A DNA stretch of 64,000 nucleotides from an uncultured Candidatus Marinamargulisbacteria bacterium (GCA_903910705.1 CAIWAN010000052.1:5844-69843); one strand, 5' to 3'. Positions 26,876 to 37,476 are shown, counted from the stretch's first letter. Program-made: numbers and translations. Notes: generated by a model from the sequence alone, not told the origin.

Positions 26876-28268
26876 CCCGACCACCCTAAAGATCACCGTT
26901 GCTGGTATTCGAGGCCGAATGGGCGAATCGCTCACCCCCACGGTTGCACTTGATTTTGCCGAAATATTTGGGACCATCAATCAAGGCGGGCGGATCGTCC
27001 TCGGAACCGAGACTCGACTCAGCACCCCCGCGATTAAAGCAGCGGTTATCGCAGGATTGCTTGCGACCGGTTGCCATATTATTGATATTGGCATCGTGTC
27101 GACACCCACCACTCAACTCATGGTCAAACACCTTAAGGCCGATGGGGGCATCATGATCACAGCCTCTCACAACCCGATCATGTGGAATGGCCTAAAGTTC
27201 ATCTCGTCGGAAGGGATCTTTTTCGACGAAGCTGAAATGCAAGTCATTTTTGACAAATATCATGGACTTCAACAGTTAAAAACAAAAGCCTCCACGGTAG
27301 AGGCCATTACCCAAAGTGGGTTAATCCATTACGCCTCGATCGAGGACATGGGCATCCTTGATACCTTTCCCAGTGCCCCGCAAGTTCATATCGACAGCAT
27401 CTTGAAGCATGTCAATGTCGACCTTATTCGCCAAGCCAAACTCAATGTCGTGGTGGATGCCTGCAACGGCGCCGCCGCTATTCTTGATCCGATCCTTTTT
27501 GAAGCCCTCGGCATCAACGCGATCATCATCAATAGCGAACCCAACGGCCGGTTCACTCGTGGGCCAGAGCCCTTACCAGAAAATTTAGGCGCTCTTCGAG
27601 AAGCCGTTCGTAAACAGGGGGCGGACATTGGCTTTGCTCAAGACCCCGATGCCGACCGATTGGCTATCGTCAATGAACTGGGCGACCCTATTGGCGAAGA
27701 TTATACCCTCGTTCTCGCCATGCAATATATTCTCAAAAACCATCCCAACCCTAAAGGGAAAATCGTCGCGACGAATCTTTCGACCACCCGTGCCTTTGAT
27801 GATGTCGCAAAGCAATACGGGGCACGCGTCGTTCACACCAAGATCGGCGAGGTCAACGTCTCGAAAGCGCTCATGCATCCCGATGCTATCGTGGGCGGAG
27901 AGGGCAATGGCGGGGTCATTATTCCAGCCATCGGTCTGGGCCGCGACTCCTTTGCAGGGATCACCTTTATTCTTGAATATTTGGCCAAGGAAAAATGTCG
28001 AGTCACCGACCTCGTCAAAACAGTGCCCACTTACAAAGTCGTCAAGGCCCGCAAAGATCTGTCGTCGCCAGAGGAGATCGCTGAGGCGTTAAATAAAACA
28101 CGCACCTTTTATAAAGGGGCAACAATGGATGAGACCGATGGGGTCAAGGTCATCTTCGACGACGCATGGCTACATGTTCGAGCCTCGAACACGGAGCCGA
28201 TTGTTCGATATTTTGCCGAAGCCAAAACCCTTGAGGCCGCTCAAAAGCTTATTGACCCCATTTTCTAA
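26865..28268 (+). CDS. Phosphohexomutase (PMM/PGM/GlmM family)
   Basis: TASHNP, DPDADR, GGEGNGG, RASNTEP; start 26865 or 26856. Confidence 0.92.
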   Translation: MKTNPTTLKITVAGIRGRMGESLTPTVALDFAEIFGTINQGGRIVLGTETRLSTPAIKAAVIAGLLATGCHIIDIGIVSTPTTQLMVKHLKADGGIMITASHNPIMWNGLKFISSEGIFFDEAEMQVIFDKYHGLQQLKTKASTVEAITQSGLIHYASIEDMGILDTFPSAPQVHIDSILKHVNVDLIRQAKLNVVVDACNGAAAILDPILFEALGINAIIINSEPNGRFTRGPEPLPENLGALREAVRKQGADIGFAQDPDADRLAIVNELGDPIGEDYTLVLAMQYILKNHPNPKGKIVATNLSTTRAFDDVAKQYGARVVHTKIGEVNVSKALMHPDAIVGGEGNGGVIIPAIGLGRDSFAGITFILEYLAKEKCRVTDLVKTVPTYKVVKARKDLSSPEEIAEALNKTRTFYKGATMDETDGVKVIFDDAWLHVRASNTEPIVRYFAEAKTLEAAQKLIDPIF

Positions 28269-28810
28269 TGGACAGCAAAGCCTCGATCCGCACACGACTC
28301 CTTGCGCAAAGAGACTCTCTGCCCACAGAGCAAGTGGCTCGTGAGAGTAAGCAAATTTGCGACAACTTAAAGGCTTTTCTTTCCCTCGATAAACCAAGGT
28401 CAATTTTGCTTTACGCGCCGATCCGAAATGAAGTGGATCCCTTCTATCTTCTTGCGTGGCTTCGAGAAAATCACATCACCGTTTGTCTTCCTTCTATCCA
28501 GTCAGATTCGATCGTCCCGTTGGTCTACGACCCGAATGAGCCGCTCATTCGAGGCAGCTTTGGCATTAACGAACCGTCCCATCGCCTGATCCACCCAACC
28601 CCTTGTGAAATCATCGTGGTTCCCTGTATAGCCGTGGACAAGTCGCATTATCGACTCGGCTATGGCAAAGGCTTTTATGATCGATATTTAAACTCCAATT
28701 CGATCAGTATCGGACTTGCTTATTCATTTCAAGTCCTTGAAAGTTTCCCTCATGAACCACACGATCAACCCCTCTCGAGCATCGTCACCCATAACGAGGT
28801 GTTGCAGTAA
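28268..28810 (+). CDS. 5-formyltetrahydrofolate cyclo-ligase
   Basis: YAPIRNEVD, FGINEP, RLGYGKGFYDRYL, EPHDQP. Confidence 0.92.
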   Translation: MDSKASIRTRLLAQRDSLPTEQVARESKQICDNLKAFLSLDKPRSILLYAPIRNEVDPFYLLAWLRENHITVCLPSIQSDSIVPLVYDPNEPLIRGSFGINEPSHRLIHPTPCEIIVVPCIAVDKSHYRLGYGKGFYDRYLNSNSISIGLAYSFQVLESFPHEPHDQPLSSIVTHNEVLQ

Positions 28811-28867
28811 CCCTCCAAATTGTCTATACTGTAAAAGCCCCTTTTGGGCAAAGAGGAGGTTCTCGCT

Positions 28868-29050
28868 ATGTCACTTCACATCGATGACTCAAAATGTATT
28901 GGCTGCGGGGTTTGCTGTTCAATGCTAGAAACGGTTTTTGATATGGATGAAGAGCAAGGGATCGCTCGTGTAATCAACGCCGAAGGCGCATCACACAACG
29001 AGATCCAAGAAGCCATCGAGGCCTGTCCTGTCGAAGCGATTTCAATCTAG
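28868..29050 (+). CDS. Small monocluster ferredoxin
   Basis: CIGCGVC...VF...ACPVEAI; GAGGAGG RBS before ATG 28868. Confidence 0.9.
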   Translation: MSLHIDDSKCIGCGVCCSMLETVFDMDEEQGIARVINAEGASHNEIQEAIEACPVEAISI

Positions 29051-29142
29051 CCTTCCCTTTACGGAGCTTGTTCGGTTGAATTAAGATAGACACTGATTCC
29101 CCTTGGGGTATCGTGATTAAAACGAAGGATTTAGGGTGAACT

Positions 29143-30225
29143 ATGGAGTTTGTAAGCCATGCTGGGTTTGAAGATTATAACAGCGGTGACGCTGAGTCGT
29201 TTTCAGGCGCAAACTATTTAACCCCCGACGATATCCTAGAGATTATTGCCGAACCCGAAAACAATCTCGATCAGATCGAGAATCTACTTGATCGTGGCGT
29301 CGATATCGTTAAAGAAATCCCCGAGGAGCCCGCCGAAGAACCACCTTCAGCCCCCGAGGCAGCTGAGGTTAGCGATGACAAAGAGGCTAAAACCTCCGAT
29401 GTCGTTAAAATGTACCTCAAAGAGATCGGCAAAGTCAGTCTATTGAATCTGGCGGAGGAGCAGCACATCGCCAAGCTCGTCAACGAAGGTGATCTGGTCG
29501 CCAAACAACAATTGATCGACGCCAACCTTCGTCTCGTCGTGAGTATCGCTAAAAAATATATCGGTCGAGGTATGGCCTTTCTTGACCTCATTCAAGAGGG
29601 CAATATCGGCCTCATTCGTGCCGCTGAAAAGTTTGACTATCGAAAGGGTTACAAGTTCTCGACCTATGCAACATGGTGGATACGCCAAGCCATTACACGT
29701 GCCATTTCCGATCAATCACGCACCATTCGCATCCCCGTTCATCTGGGGGAGACCATGAGCAAACTTCGAAAAGCCTCTCGCGTTCTCATGCAAGAAAAAG
29801 GACGCAAGCCCACCGAAGAAGAGCTTTCAGTCTTCATGGATATGCCGATCGAAAAGATCCGCGAGATCTTTCGCTCATCGTTAACACCTATATCACTAGA
29901 AACACCGATCGGTGACGAGTCTGACAGCAGCAAACTGGGTGACTTTGTCAAAGATGATAAAACCGAGACCCCCGAATCAAATCTCTTTCGGAATTTGCTC
30001 AGACGAGATCTCGACGAGATCATGTCTGAACTTTCAGAACGTGAACGAATGGTTATTAAACTCCGCTTTGGGCTGGTTGATGATCGCCCACGCACACTTG
30101 AAGAAGTTGGAAAGGTCTATGATGTCACCCGCGAGCGAATCCGGCAGATCGAGGCCAAAGCCCTCAAAAAGCTTCGACATCCTTCCCGCCTGAAAAAGCT
30201 TCGAGGGTATTTGCAAGAGGCTTAG
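29143..30225 (+). CDS. rpoD: Primary RNA polymerase sigma factor
   Basis: [71 protein letters not shown]. Confidence 0.95.
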   Translation: MEFVSHAGFEDYNSGDAESFSGANYLTPDDILEIIAEPENNLDQIENLLDRGVDIVKEIPEEPAEEPPSAPEAAEVSDDKEAKTSDVVKMYLKEIGKVSLLNLAEEQHIAKLVNEGDLVAKQQLIDANLRLVVSIAKKYIGRGMAFLDLIQEGNIGLIRAAEKFDYRKGYKFSTYATWWIRQAITRAISDQSRTIRIPVHLGETMSKLRKASRVLMQEKGRKPTEEELSVFMDMPIEKIREIFRSSLTPISLETPIGDESDSSKLGDFVKDDKTETPESNLFRNLLRRDLDEIMSELSERERMVIKLRFGLVDDRPRTLEEVGKVYDVTRERIRQIEAKALKKLRHPSRLKKLRGYLQEA

Positions 30226-30228
30226 AGC

Positions 30229-32259
30229 ATGAAAGTACAGCTGTCCTTAACGCCTCAGGAACAGCTTGTTTTTCTAAAAGATCTCGATGAACACCTCCTC
30301 CAAAGCGAGAATGCACTTGTAGAGCTTGAACACGGCGAGAATGAAACCAGTAGCATCGAACAACTTTTTCGTAGTTTTCATACCATCAAGGGGAACAGTG
30401 GTATTGCCGATTACACCCTGCTCCACGACCTGACTCATGAGATCGAAAGCGTCCTTTCGGTTTACCGAGCTAAAAAACGTCAAGTTTCAGAGGGATTGAT
30501 CAGTTTATTGTTTAAATCTATCGACCTTATGCGATCCCTTCGAGCCCCCATTCTCAGCCCCAAAACCGACGTAGAAACCGAACCGGTTGAGGCACTCATC
30601 CGTGAAGCGAAGTTGTTCCTTTCAAAGCCAGAAGCGTCAGAAAGATCGATCTCTGCCCATTCCGAACTTGATAAAGACCCCCATCTCCACAACAATATGA
30701 GCATTTACATTAATCTGACCGAACCCATGCCTGCCGTTAGAGGGTTTCAAGTCCTTCAACTTATTGAAAAATCAGGCATAGACTACACCTCCGAGCCTAC
30801 CTTTAATGAAATAAAGGCAGGTAACATCCAAAACCCGATTAACATCCAACTTTCGCCAACAGGACTCGCTGAATTTATTGAAAAACTTATCCCCTCTCTT
30901 TCGACCCATGACGGGGTAAAAGCCATCCATATCCAATACCCTCAACCCAACAATCCAAATAAGACAAAACCCAAAACACTCTCCGAAGCGATCACACAAG
31001 ATACGGAAGAAGAGCTACAAGAAATTCAGATCAATATCCGAAAACTAGATGGACTGATCAATCTGCTCGGCGAAATTCTCATTGATCGGAACAAAATATC
31101 CCAAAACATTCTTCGATTAGAGGAAAAATATAGCATTGACCCCCATGTCATGGAGCTTCTCGACCTTGTCAATCATCTCGGGAAGATCACCTACAATCTT
31201 CAAACAGAGCTGTTGAACATACGAACCATTCCCTTGAATAATATCGTCGAGAAATATCCTCGCCTTATTCGAGAACTGGGTCATCAGCTGGGGAAAAAAG
31301 TGAAACTCGAGATCACCGGGCAACATGTCGAATTGGATCGACTTATTCTTAAACATCTAAACGAACTCATTATTCACCTCATTCGGAACTCAGTTGATCA
31401 TGGGATCGAATCCCCAGAGTACCGACTTGCAAGAGGGAAAAAAGAGTTAGGCACCATTCGAATTGACGCCCATCAAAAGCATAATAAAGCCCATTTTGTG
31501 ATTTCCGATGATGGGAACGGCATCGACCCCAATAGCATCCGAGAATCGCTGGTTAGAAAAAATATCCTCGAAAAAGCAGAAGCCCAACGCACCTCCGACC
31601 AAGAGATCATTCGATATATCTTCTATCCAGGGTTCTCAACAAAAGATGAAGTCTCTGAAATATCTGGACGCGGTGTCGGCATGGATGTCGTACAAAATAC
31701 GATTCAAAAGCTGGGTGGACAAATATCCATCGATAGCGAGAAAGGGGTGGGGACCAGTTTTCGGATTACCTTACCCTTAACGCTCGCCATTATTCATGGA
31801 CTGGTGACCCAAGTAAACAAGAAAACGTTTGTTATCCCCATAAACTATGTTGAGGAGGTCTTGCGATGCCGAGGCGAAGATGTTCGGATCATGAACAAAA
31901 AACCTCATATCATTTTGCGAGACACCTTGATCCCCCTTGTAAACTTGACTGCGTTACTTTATGGCAACAACCTCGACATTGCAAAGAGCGGAAAACTCTT
32001 CATTGTCGTTGTTGTCTATAATGATAAACCCACGGGGATCGTCGTAGATAAACTTCTCGGCGAAGAAGAAATCGTTATAAAAAATATTGACTATGCTGCC
32101 GACAAATACTATATAATCCATTCAGCAACGATAATGGGGACAGGTGATGTCGGATTGATCCTTGATATTGCGTCACTCCTCGACTATCTAACCATGCATA
32201 GAGAGGAATCAGCTCGGATCTTAGTATCCGACACAAATCATGAAAATACTCATCGTTGA
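30229..32259 (+). CDS. cheA: Chemotaxis histidine kinase
   Basis: Hpt LFRSFHTIKG; HLIRNSVDHGIE; DDGNGID; PGFST..EVSEISGRGVGMDVV; C-terminal CheW-like domain. Confidence 0.96.
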   Translation: MKVQLSLTPQEQLVFLKDLDEHLLQSENALVELEHGENETSSIEQLFRSFHTIKGNSGIADYTLLHDLTHEIESVLSVYRAKKRQVSEGLISLLFKSIDLMRSLRAPILSPKTDVETEPVEALIREAKLFLSKPEASERSISAHSELDKDPHLHNNMSIYINLTEPMPAVRGFQVLQLIEKSGIDYTSEPTFNEIKAGNIQNPINIQLSPTGLAEFIEKLIPSLSTHDGVKAIHIQYPQPNNPNKTKPKTLSEAITQDTEEELQEIQINIRKLDGLINLLGEILIDRNKISQNILRLEEKYSIDPHVMELLDLVNHLGKITYNLQTELLNIRTIPLNNIVEKYPRLIRELGHQLGKKVKLEITGQHVELDRLILKHLNELIIHLIRNSVDHGIESPEYRLARGKKELGTIRIDAHQKHNKAHFVISDDGNGIDPNSIRESLVRKNILEKAEAQRTSDQEIIRYIFYPGFSTKDEVSEISGRGVGMDVVQNTIQKLGGQISIDSEKGVGTSFRITLPLTLAIIHGLVTQVNKKTFVIPINYVEEVLRCRGEDVRIMNKKPHIILRDTLIPLVNLTALLYGNNLDIAKSGKLFIVVVVYNDKPTGIVVDKLLGEEEIVIKNIDYAADKYYIIHSATIMGTGDVGLILDIASLLDYLTMHREESARILVSDTNHENTHR

Positions 32260-32602
32260 TGATTCCCCTTTAATTATCAAGCGTCTTGGCGAGTTTCTCT
32301 CTGATTTAGGCCATCAGGTCATTATTGCTTATGACGGCAAAGAATCGATGGTCGCTTACAATCAAGAACTTCCTGATCTCGTCTTTATGGACATCCTGAT
32401 GCCAGGTCCCGATGGGATTAGCGTCATGAGAAGCATCATTTCTAAGCATGCCAAAGCACGGATCATCATCATGAGCAGCATGGGGCAGCAATCCAAGGTT
32501 ATTGAGGCGATCCAGTACGGCGCCATCGATTTTATCGTAAAACCGTTTGAACCCTCGAAGATTCTGCTCGCACTCGAAAAAGCAACAAACACCCTTTCAT
32601 GA
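32240..32602 (+). CDS. cheY: Single-domain response regulator (CheY)
   Basis: ILIVDD, PDLVFMDILMP..DG, GAIDFIVKPF; overlaps cheA end. Confidence 0.85.
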   Translation: MKILIVDDSPLIIKRLGEFLSDLGHQVIIAYDGKESMVAYNQELPDLVFMDILMPGPDGISVMRSIISKHAKARIIIMSSMGQQSKVIEAIQYGAIDFIVKPFEPSKILLALEKATNTLS

Positions 32603-33354
32603 TCATCCCTATCGAGGCCCTTCCTAAAGCCATCCTCATTTCAACATTGCTTTCAGAGGTTTTTCGAATGGCTATTCCCGTTTTGTTGATATTAGCTTTC
32701 CGTCAAAAAAATAATATCCCCATCCGTAGTTTCTTGTTTGGGATTGGCCTCGCACTATTAACGGGAGGAAAGTTCTTATTTCTTATAAAACAACAACTCT
32801 TTTCAGGATGGGGCCCTGTTTATGTTGTCCTTATTAGCATCCTCGTTGAATGGCTAGTCAGAGAATGGGTCGTTCATCGTTGGGATCAATGGGAAAGCAA
32901 AGCCGTCGCTATTCAATTCGTTGCTGGATACTTGTTTACAAAGATATTCCTCCTTGGACTAAGCTATTTTCTTATATCCTCAATAAATTTTGTACTACTG
33001 TCAAATCACTCCGATTCAGCCAAAGAAATCATTCAAAGTATTCAGCCTCTTCTTAGCCATATTCTACTCGTTTTCCAGAGTGTTTTTCATCTTGGATATA
33101 TTTTCATATTATTCATCTTCATAATTATTCGGGTCCGACTCAAAACGAATCCTTTGTGGCAACGGTTTTCTGTAGAGGCATTATTCATATTTCTACAGGG
33201 GTTTATCCTCCTTGTAGATATGGCTGCCATTAACGATCCAAGAGCCCCTATCGGTGCACTCTTTTTTGCAGTTATATCTGGAACCGTTGGCCTCGGGTAT
33301 TACTTGATAAGATCGATCAATGAACTTCCAGAAGCACCTTCGATCGCTTCGTAA
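32599..33354 (+). CDS. Polytopic membrane protein of unknown function
   Basis: About 7 hydrophobic helices; ATGA coupling to cheY. Confidence 0.65.
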   Translation: MIIPIEALPKAILISTLLSEVFRMAIPVLLILAFRQKNNIPIRSFLFGIGLALLTGGKFLFLIKQQLFSGWGPVYVVLISILVEWLVREWVVHRWDQWESKAVAIQFVAGYLFTKIFLLGLSYFLISSINFVLLSNHSDSAKEIIQSIQPLLSHILLVFQSVFHLGYIFILFIFIIIRVRLKTNPLWQRFSVEALFIFLQGFILLVDMAAINDPRAPIGALFFAVISGTVGLGYYLIRSINELPEAPSIAS

Positions 33355-33892
33355 GGGAGGCGTTCTCGCCATCCCCACTGACACGGTATATGGCCTTGCG
33401 TGTCTAGCATCCATTCCTTCAGCCGTAGATAAAGTTACCATCATCAAACAACGTGACGAGCGGAAACATTATGTCCTTCAAGTGGCCACGCTTGCAGATG
33501 CAAAAGCCCTCGTTCATTTCGATCAGCACGCCATACTTCATAAGGTTTCACAATACTGGCCCGGCGAGATCACCTTTGTCTTTAAAAAGGCACCTCACCT
33601 TTCCTATTCATTCCTTGGGCCGACGATCGCGATACGCATTCCGAATCTCGCCCTCACCCTATCACTATTAACCGAAGTGAATGAACCCCTTGTCGTGACT
33701 AGCCTCAATCGCTCGGGATACCCGCCCATATTATCAGCACAGGATATTCCAGTCGATCTTCGAAAGGAGCTCGATGGCGTCATTGTCTTCGACCAGCCTC
33801 TTTCCAACATTCCCTCCACCATCGTCGACCTCAGTCAATCGATCCCGAGAGTATTACGAGAAGGAAAGATTAAATTTTCTCTATCTTTGTAA
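33320..33892 (+). CDS. tsaC: L-threonylcarbamoyladenylate synthase (TsaC/YrdC)
   Basis: AIPTDTVYGL, K.R, YWPG..T, IAIRIP, TSLNRSG, PSTIVD. Confidence 0.92.
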   Translation: MNFQKHLRSLRKGGVLAIPTDTVYGLACLASIPSAVDKVTIIKQRDERKHYVLQVATLADAKALVHFDQHAILHKVSQYWPGEITFVFKKAPHLSYSFLGPTIAIRIPNLALTLSLLTEVNEPLVVTSLNRSGYPPILSAQDIPVDLRKELDGVIVFDQPLSNIPSTIVDLSQSIPRVLREGKIKFSLSL

Positions 33893-33917
33893 CACAGGCA
33901 AATGTATAATAATCACT

Positions 33918-34847
33918 ATGGAAACTGAGAACACTCTTAAACTTATTGATTTTCGCGTTTCAAAAAAAGACAGCAAGGGGAACATTCAAGAGCAGGTCTT
34001 CGGTATCAACGTCTATAAAGTTAAAGAAGTTATTTTCCGCCCCCCCAAATTAAATACAATGCCCAATAAATCCGAATTTATTGAAGGGATCATCAATCTT
34101 CGAGGCCATGTTATCCCAATTATTAATCTTCAAAAAAGACTAGGTTATGCCTCCGACGATATACTCTGCGATTATTTTATTATTTCAGAATGCAATAATA
34201 TTGTATTTGGGTTTATGGTCCATAAAATCATGAAGATCAGGCTCATTAAATGGGATGATGTTTTTGCGCCCCCAGAGGAGATTAAAAACTCATATGGAGA
34301 TCTGGTTACATCGATGACCGTTATCGAAAACAAAGAGATCATGCTAATTTTAGATTTTGAAAAAATCATTTCAGACCTCGACGAGAACACCATTGATATC
34401 AAAAGTCATGTTGAATCAATGAATAGCGCGCCCCCCCCATCTTCAGACAAATCAAAAACCGTCCTTTGCATTGATGATTCTGGCATTGCAAGAAATATGA
34501 TTCGACAAACTCTTGAAACAGCCGGATACGATTTCATCGAAGCCGTAAACGGGATTGATGGGCTTCAAATGATCAAAAACCTTTCGGATGAAGCTACCTC
34601 AGAGGGGCGTGCGCTAGCTGATAAGATCGGGGTCATTCTTTGCGATGTCGAAATGCCCCTTATGGATGGATTTACGTTCACCAAAACGATAAAAGCAAAC
34701 CCTCTCTACCGAAACATTCCGGTCATCATTCACTCCTCTCTCAGCAAAACCATTCTTTCTGACCGAGGAAATAATGTTGGCGCGGACGACTACCTTACAA
34801 AATTCAGCATCGAAAATTTACTCGCCTCTGTACGAAAATTCCTGTGA
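33918..34847 (+). CDS. cheV: Chemotaxis coupling protein CheV
   Basis: FGINVYKVKEV, EGIINLRG.VIP, LILDFEKI then receiver IDDS...CDVEMP.MDG; first ATG at 33918. Confidence 0.93.
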   Translation: METENTLKLIDFRVSKKDSKGNIQEQVFGINVYKVKEVIFRPPKLNTMPNKSEFIEGIINLRGHVIPIINLQKRLGYASDDILCDYFIISECNNIVFGFMVHKIMKIRLIKWDDVFAPPEEIKNSYGDLVTSMTVIENKEIMLILDFEKIISDLDENTIDIKSHVESMNSAPPPSSDKSKTVLCIDDSGIARNMIRQTLETAGYDFIEAVNGIDGLQMIKNLSDEATSEGRALADKIGVILCDVEMPLMDGFTFTKTIKANPLYRNIPVIIHSSLSKTILSDRGNNVGADDYLTKFSIENLLASVRKFL

Positions 34848-35206
34848 ACATCTTAGCTGTTGACGACAAAAAGGACATTTTAACGCTCATTAAAACAATC
34901 CTCGAATTTGAAGGACACACGGTGACAGATGTCGATAATGGTGATGATGCCATCATGGCTTGTGGAACAACATCATTTGACCTGATTCTATTAGATCTGA
35001 TGATGGACGGCAAAGATGGGTTTACCACCCTTGATATCATTCGACGATCAACGTTCAACGCCTCAACTCATGTTATTGCGCTCACAGCAAAAGCCTACAA
35101 CAGTGACCGAACGTTGGTACTAACTCGTGGATTTAATGATCACATTGCAAAGCCCTTCAGAGCCGCTGAACTGATCCAAAAAGTTGCGTTGCTTTCAAGA
35201 AAATAA
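34844..35206 (+). CDS. Single-domain response regulator
   Basis: ILAVDD, DLILLDLMM, VIALTAKA, HIAKPF. Confidence 0.9.
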   Translation: MNILAVDDKKDILTLIKTILEFEGHTVTDVDNGDDAIMACGTTSFDLILLDLMMDGKDGFTTLDIIRRSTFNASTHVIALTAKAYNSDRTLVLTRGFNDHIAKPFRAAELIQKVALLSRK

Positions 35207-35230
35207 ATTAGGGCACTTTCGTGCCCTAAT
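35207..35230. terminator. Intrinsic terminator between convergent genes
   Basis: ATTAGGGCAC-TTTC-GTGCCCTAAT, 10-bp stem with A/T-rich flanks. Confidence 0.8.
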
Positions 35231-35254
35231 AAAAATCACCATTACAATAAATAT

Positions 35255-35620
35255 TTAAAAACTCTGAAGCGCTTGTTCTTGGGTAGAAAAGATGTCAATT
35301 TTCTTTGAGATCTTCGTGATCTCAAGAACTCGTTTTACCTCAACATTGGGGCAAGCAATCTTAAAGATTCCGCCTTTTTCAGAAACCTGCTTATAGCCAT
35401 CAAAAATAGCCCCAAGTCCTGATGAGTCCACATAATTAACAAGCTTAATATTAAGAAGGATGTGGTGATGACCTTTTGCTAGCTCATTCTCAACGGCTTC
35501 ACTCAATAAATAATTATTGTCCACATCTAATTCAACCTCACCCGAAACCCCTGAAGCTTCTTTTTTTAAACCAAGATGAACAATCGAGACATTTCCTTTG
35601 TTTTCTGTAAAGATTTCCAA
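35255..35620 (-). CDS. Anti-sigma factor antagonist (STAS, RsbV/SpoIIAA-like)
   Basis: GEVELD, VNYVDSSGLG, VKRVLEITK; TTG start with GGAGG RBS. Confidence 0.92.
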   Translation of the reverse strand: MEIFTENKGNVSIVHLGLKKEASGVSGEVELDVDNNYLLSEAVENELAKGHHHILLNIKLVNYVDSSGLGAIFDGYKQVSEKGGIFKIACPNVEVKRVLEITKISKKIDIFSTQEQALQSF

Positions 35621-35662
35621 CCGCGATTCCTCCTTTACCCCAATTACAGTCTGTTGCTAATG

Positions 35663-35692
35663 ATAGTACAGCTCGCTGACAATGCTTGTCAA
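35663..35692 (-). promoter_or_regulatory. Sigma70-type promoter for the STAS gene
   Basis: TTGACA-18 nt-TACTAT on the minus strand. Confidence 0.65.
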
Positions 35693-35706
35693 TATTGCAA
35701 GCCCCC

Positions 35707-37476
35707 CTACACCCTTTTTATAACAATAACCGTAAAGTCATCATGACGAGGAACCCCTTCAGAATAAGTAAGAATGCTCTCCTGTAAGGCATCCACGATA
35801 CCTTGAGCCGTTAACTGTTTATTCCTTCGAATAAGTGCCTTTAGCCGCTCAAGGCCATAATCAATACCCTGTTTGTCTCGGGCTTCTGTTATGCCATCCG
35901 TAAACATCACAACGATATCACCCATCGCCAGAGGAACGGTTTCTTTATCATAGGTGCTTCCACTAAAAGCACCAAGCGGAAGGCCTCCTGCGTCCTGTAA
36001 CAATCGAAACGATTGATCATTAGCACAAAACAATAAAGGGAACTCATGTCCAGCGTTAGTATAGGTATAGGTACACGTCTCATCATCTATTAAAGCAAAA
36101 ACACTAGGAATATAGTTTTTTACACTTTTATTCCGGTATAAATTATCATTGATCGTATAGAAGATTTCATCAGGACCACCCTGACCAAAAACTGAAAATT
36201 GCATGACACCCTTAAAGAAAGCCATGATCAAGGCAGCAGGAATCCCCTTCCCCACAATATCCGTAAGGGTCACAGCCAGTAGTTTTTCCGTTAGCGGAAA
36301 AAAATCAAAATAGTCCCCCCCGATGGTTCGAGCAGCGACGGAGGTTGCAGCGACCTGAAAATGCTGCAGAACCGGTTTGATCTTTGCCTGCAATCCCACT
36401 TGAATACTATGAGCCACTTGAAGCTCTTTCTGGGTGATCTGCTCTTTGAGGGTCTGCTCATATAACCGGTTATTCTCAATGGATGCCCCTGAAAACGAAA
36501 TAATGGTTTCGAGGATACTAATATCATTTTCCGTCCATTTTTCTTTTTCAACCGTTCGGCGAATGAGCGTCATAAATCCGATCGTTTTCTCGCGAATAAC
36601 CATAGGGATAATAAGCATCTCTGGAACAAGAACATCAATTACGGTGGGGTCTCCCGTCTTATAAATTTTCACAGAATCAAGCTTTGAAATATACCCATCA
36701 TGTTCTTTTACCCAAGAAAGCAGATTTCCCTTATCATCCACTTCAATTTGATCGAGGTTGTCAGGGAAATCGCGCTCAAACTCGCTAATTGAAAGCGAAA
36801 TATCAAAGAGCTGTGTATGCCAAGAGCAGCGAACCTTCGGCTCACCCGTCACATCATCATAAAGAACCATGAACCCCATCTGAGCATTAGAATGACTTAA
36901 AACAAGCTCACCCAAAATGGAGAACATGTCTTCGAGATCAACAACGTAATACGTCATATTTCGAGCTTCGTTGATAACATCCATTTTTTTAAACAACAAG
37001 GCCTGATGCTTATGCGTAATAATGAAGTACCGTTCTTGGAATAGAATAGCGACCAGCGAACAAAAATCAAAAGAGGGCAGGAACATACTCGGCGAATGAA
37101 CCAGCAAAACACCCTCGATTTTATCTTCAAGCAACATAGGGATCACTACTAAATGGTCAATATTTAGATCCTCCCCAACACTTGGAGCGATGTCTTCTAG
37201 GTACACTGAAAAATTCTGAGGCCTAAAAACCAAGCCCGAGCGTTCTTCTATTCGAGCGATCAACGCATCCTTTTGGCTCGTGATAGACCTTGAAGGGAAC
37301 TTGCTATAACCATAGAGGCTCGATCGTTTTGGGGATTTCACCAAAACAAAGGCAGCCATTGCATTGTCAACGAGATTTTCTCGAAGAAAATTTAGCGCCG
37401 AGCTGACCAAGTCTTCCTCGCTCATAAACGTGTTAAATTGACTTCGAAGCTGAATTAATTTTGCTAATGTATCCAC
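35707..37476 (-). CDS. GAF-domain PP2C phosphatase (RsbU/SpoIIE family)
   Basis: GAF-like region ending IENNRLY; ELQVAHSIQ, GGDYFDF, DIVGKGIPAAL, NAGHE.P, FTDGITEA, HDDFT. Confidence 0.92.
   Translation of the reverse strand: MDTLAKLIQLRSQFNTFMSEEDLVSSALNFLRENLVDNAMAAFVLVKSPKRSSLYGYSKFPSRSITSQKDALIARIEERSGLVFRPQNFSVYLEDIAPSVGEDLNIDHLVVIPMLLEDKIEGVLLVHSPSMFLPSFDFCSLVAILFQERYFIITHKHQALLFKKMDVINEARNMTYYVVDLEDMFSILGELVLSHSNAQMGFMVLYDDVTGEPKVRCSWHTQLFDISLSISEFERDFPDNLDQIEVDDKGNLLSWVKEHDGYISKLDSVKIYKTGDPTVIDVLVPEMLIIPMVIREKTIGFMTLIRRTVEKEKWTENDISILETIISFSGASIENNRLYEQTLKEQITQKELQVAHSIQVGLQAKIKPVLQHFQVAATSVAARTIGGDYFDFFPLTEKLLAVTLTDIVGKGIPAALIMAFFKGVMQFSVFGQGGPDEIFYTINDNLYRNKSVKNYIPSVFALIDDETCTYTYTNAGHEFPLLFCANDQSFRLLQDAGGLPLGAFSGSTYDKETVPLAMGDIVVMFTDGITEARDKQGIDYGLERLKALIRRNKQLTAQGIVDALQESILTYSEGVPRHDDFTVIVIKRV

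Noticed and set aside
32599-33354. YhfC/PrsW intramembrane protease call
   Set aside because: Only a degenerate E..R segment is present; the EExxK/R and His motifs are not convincingly there.
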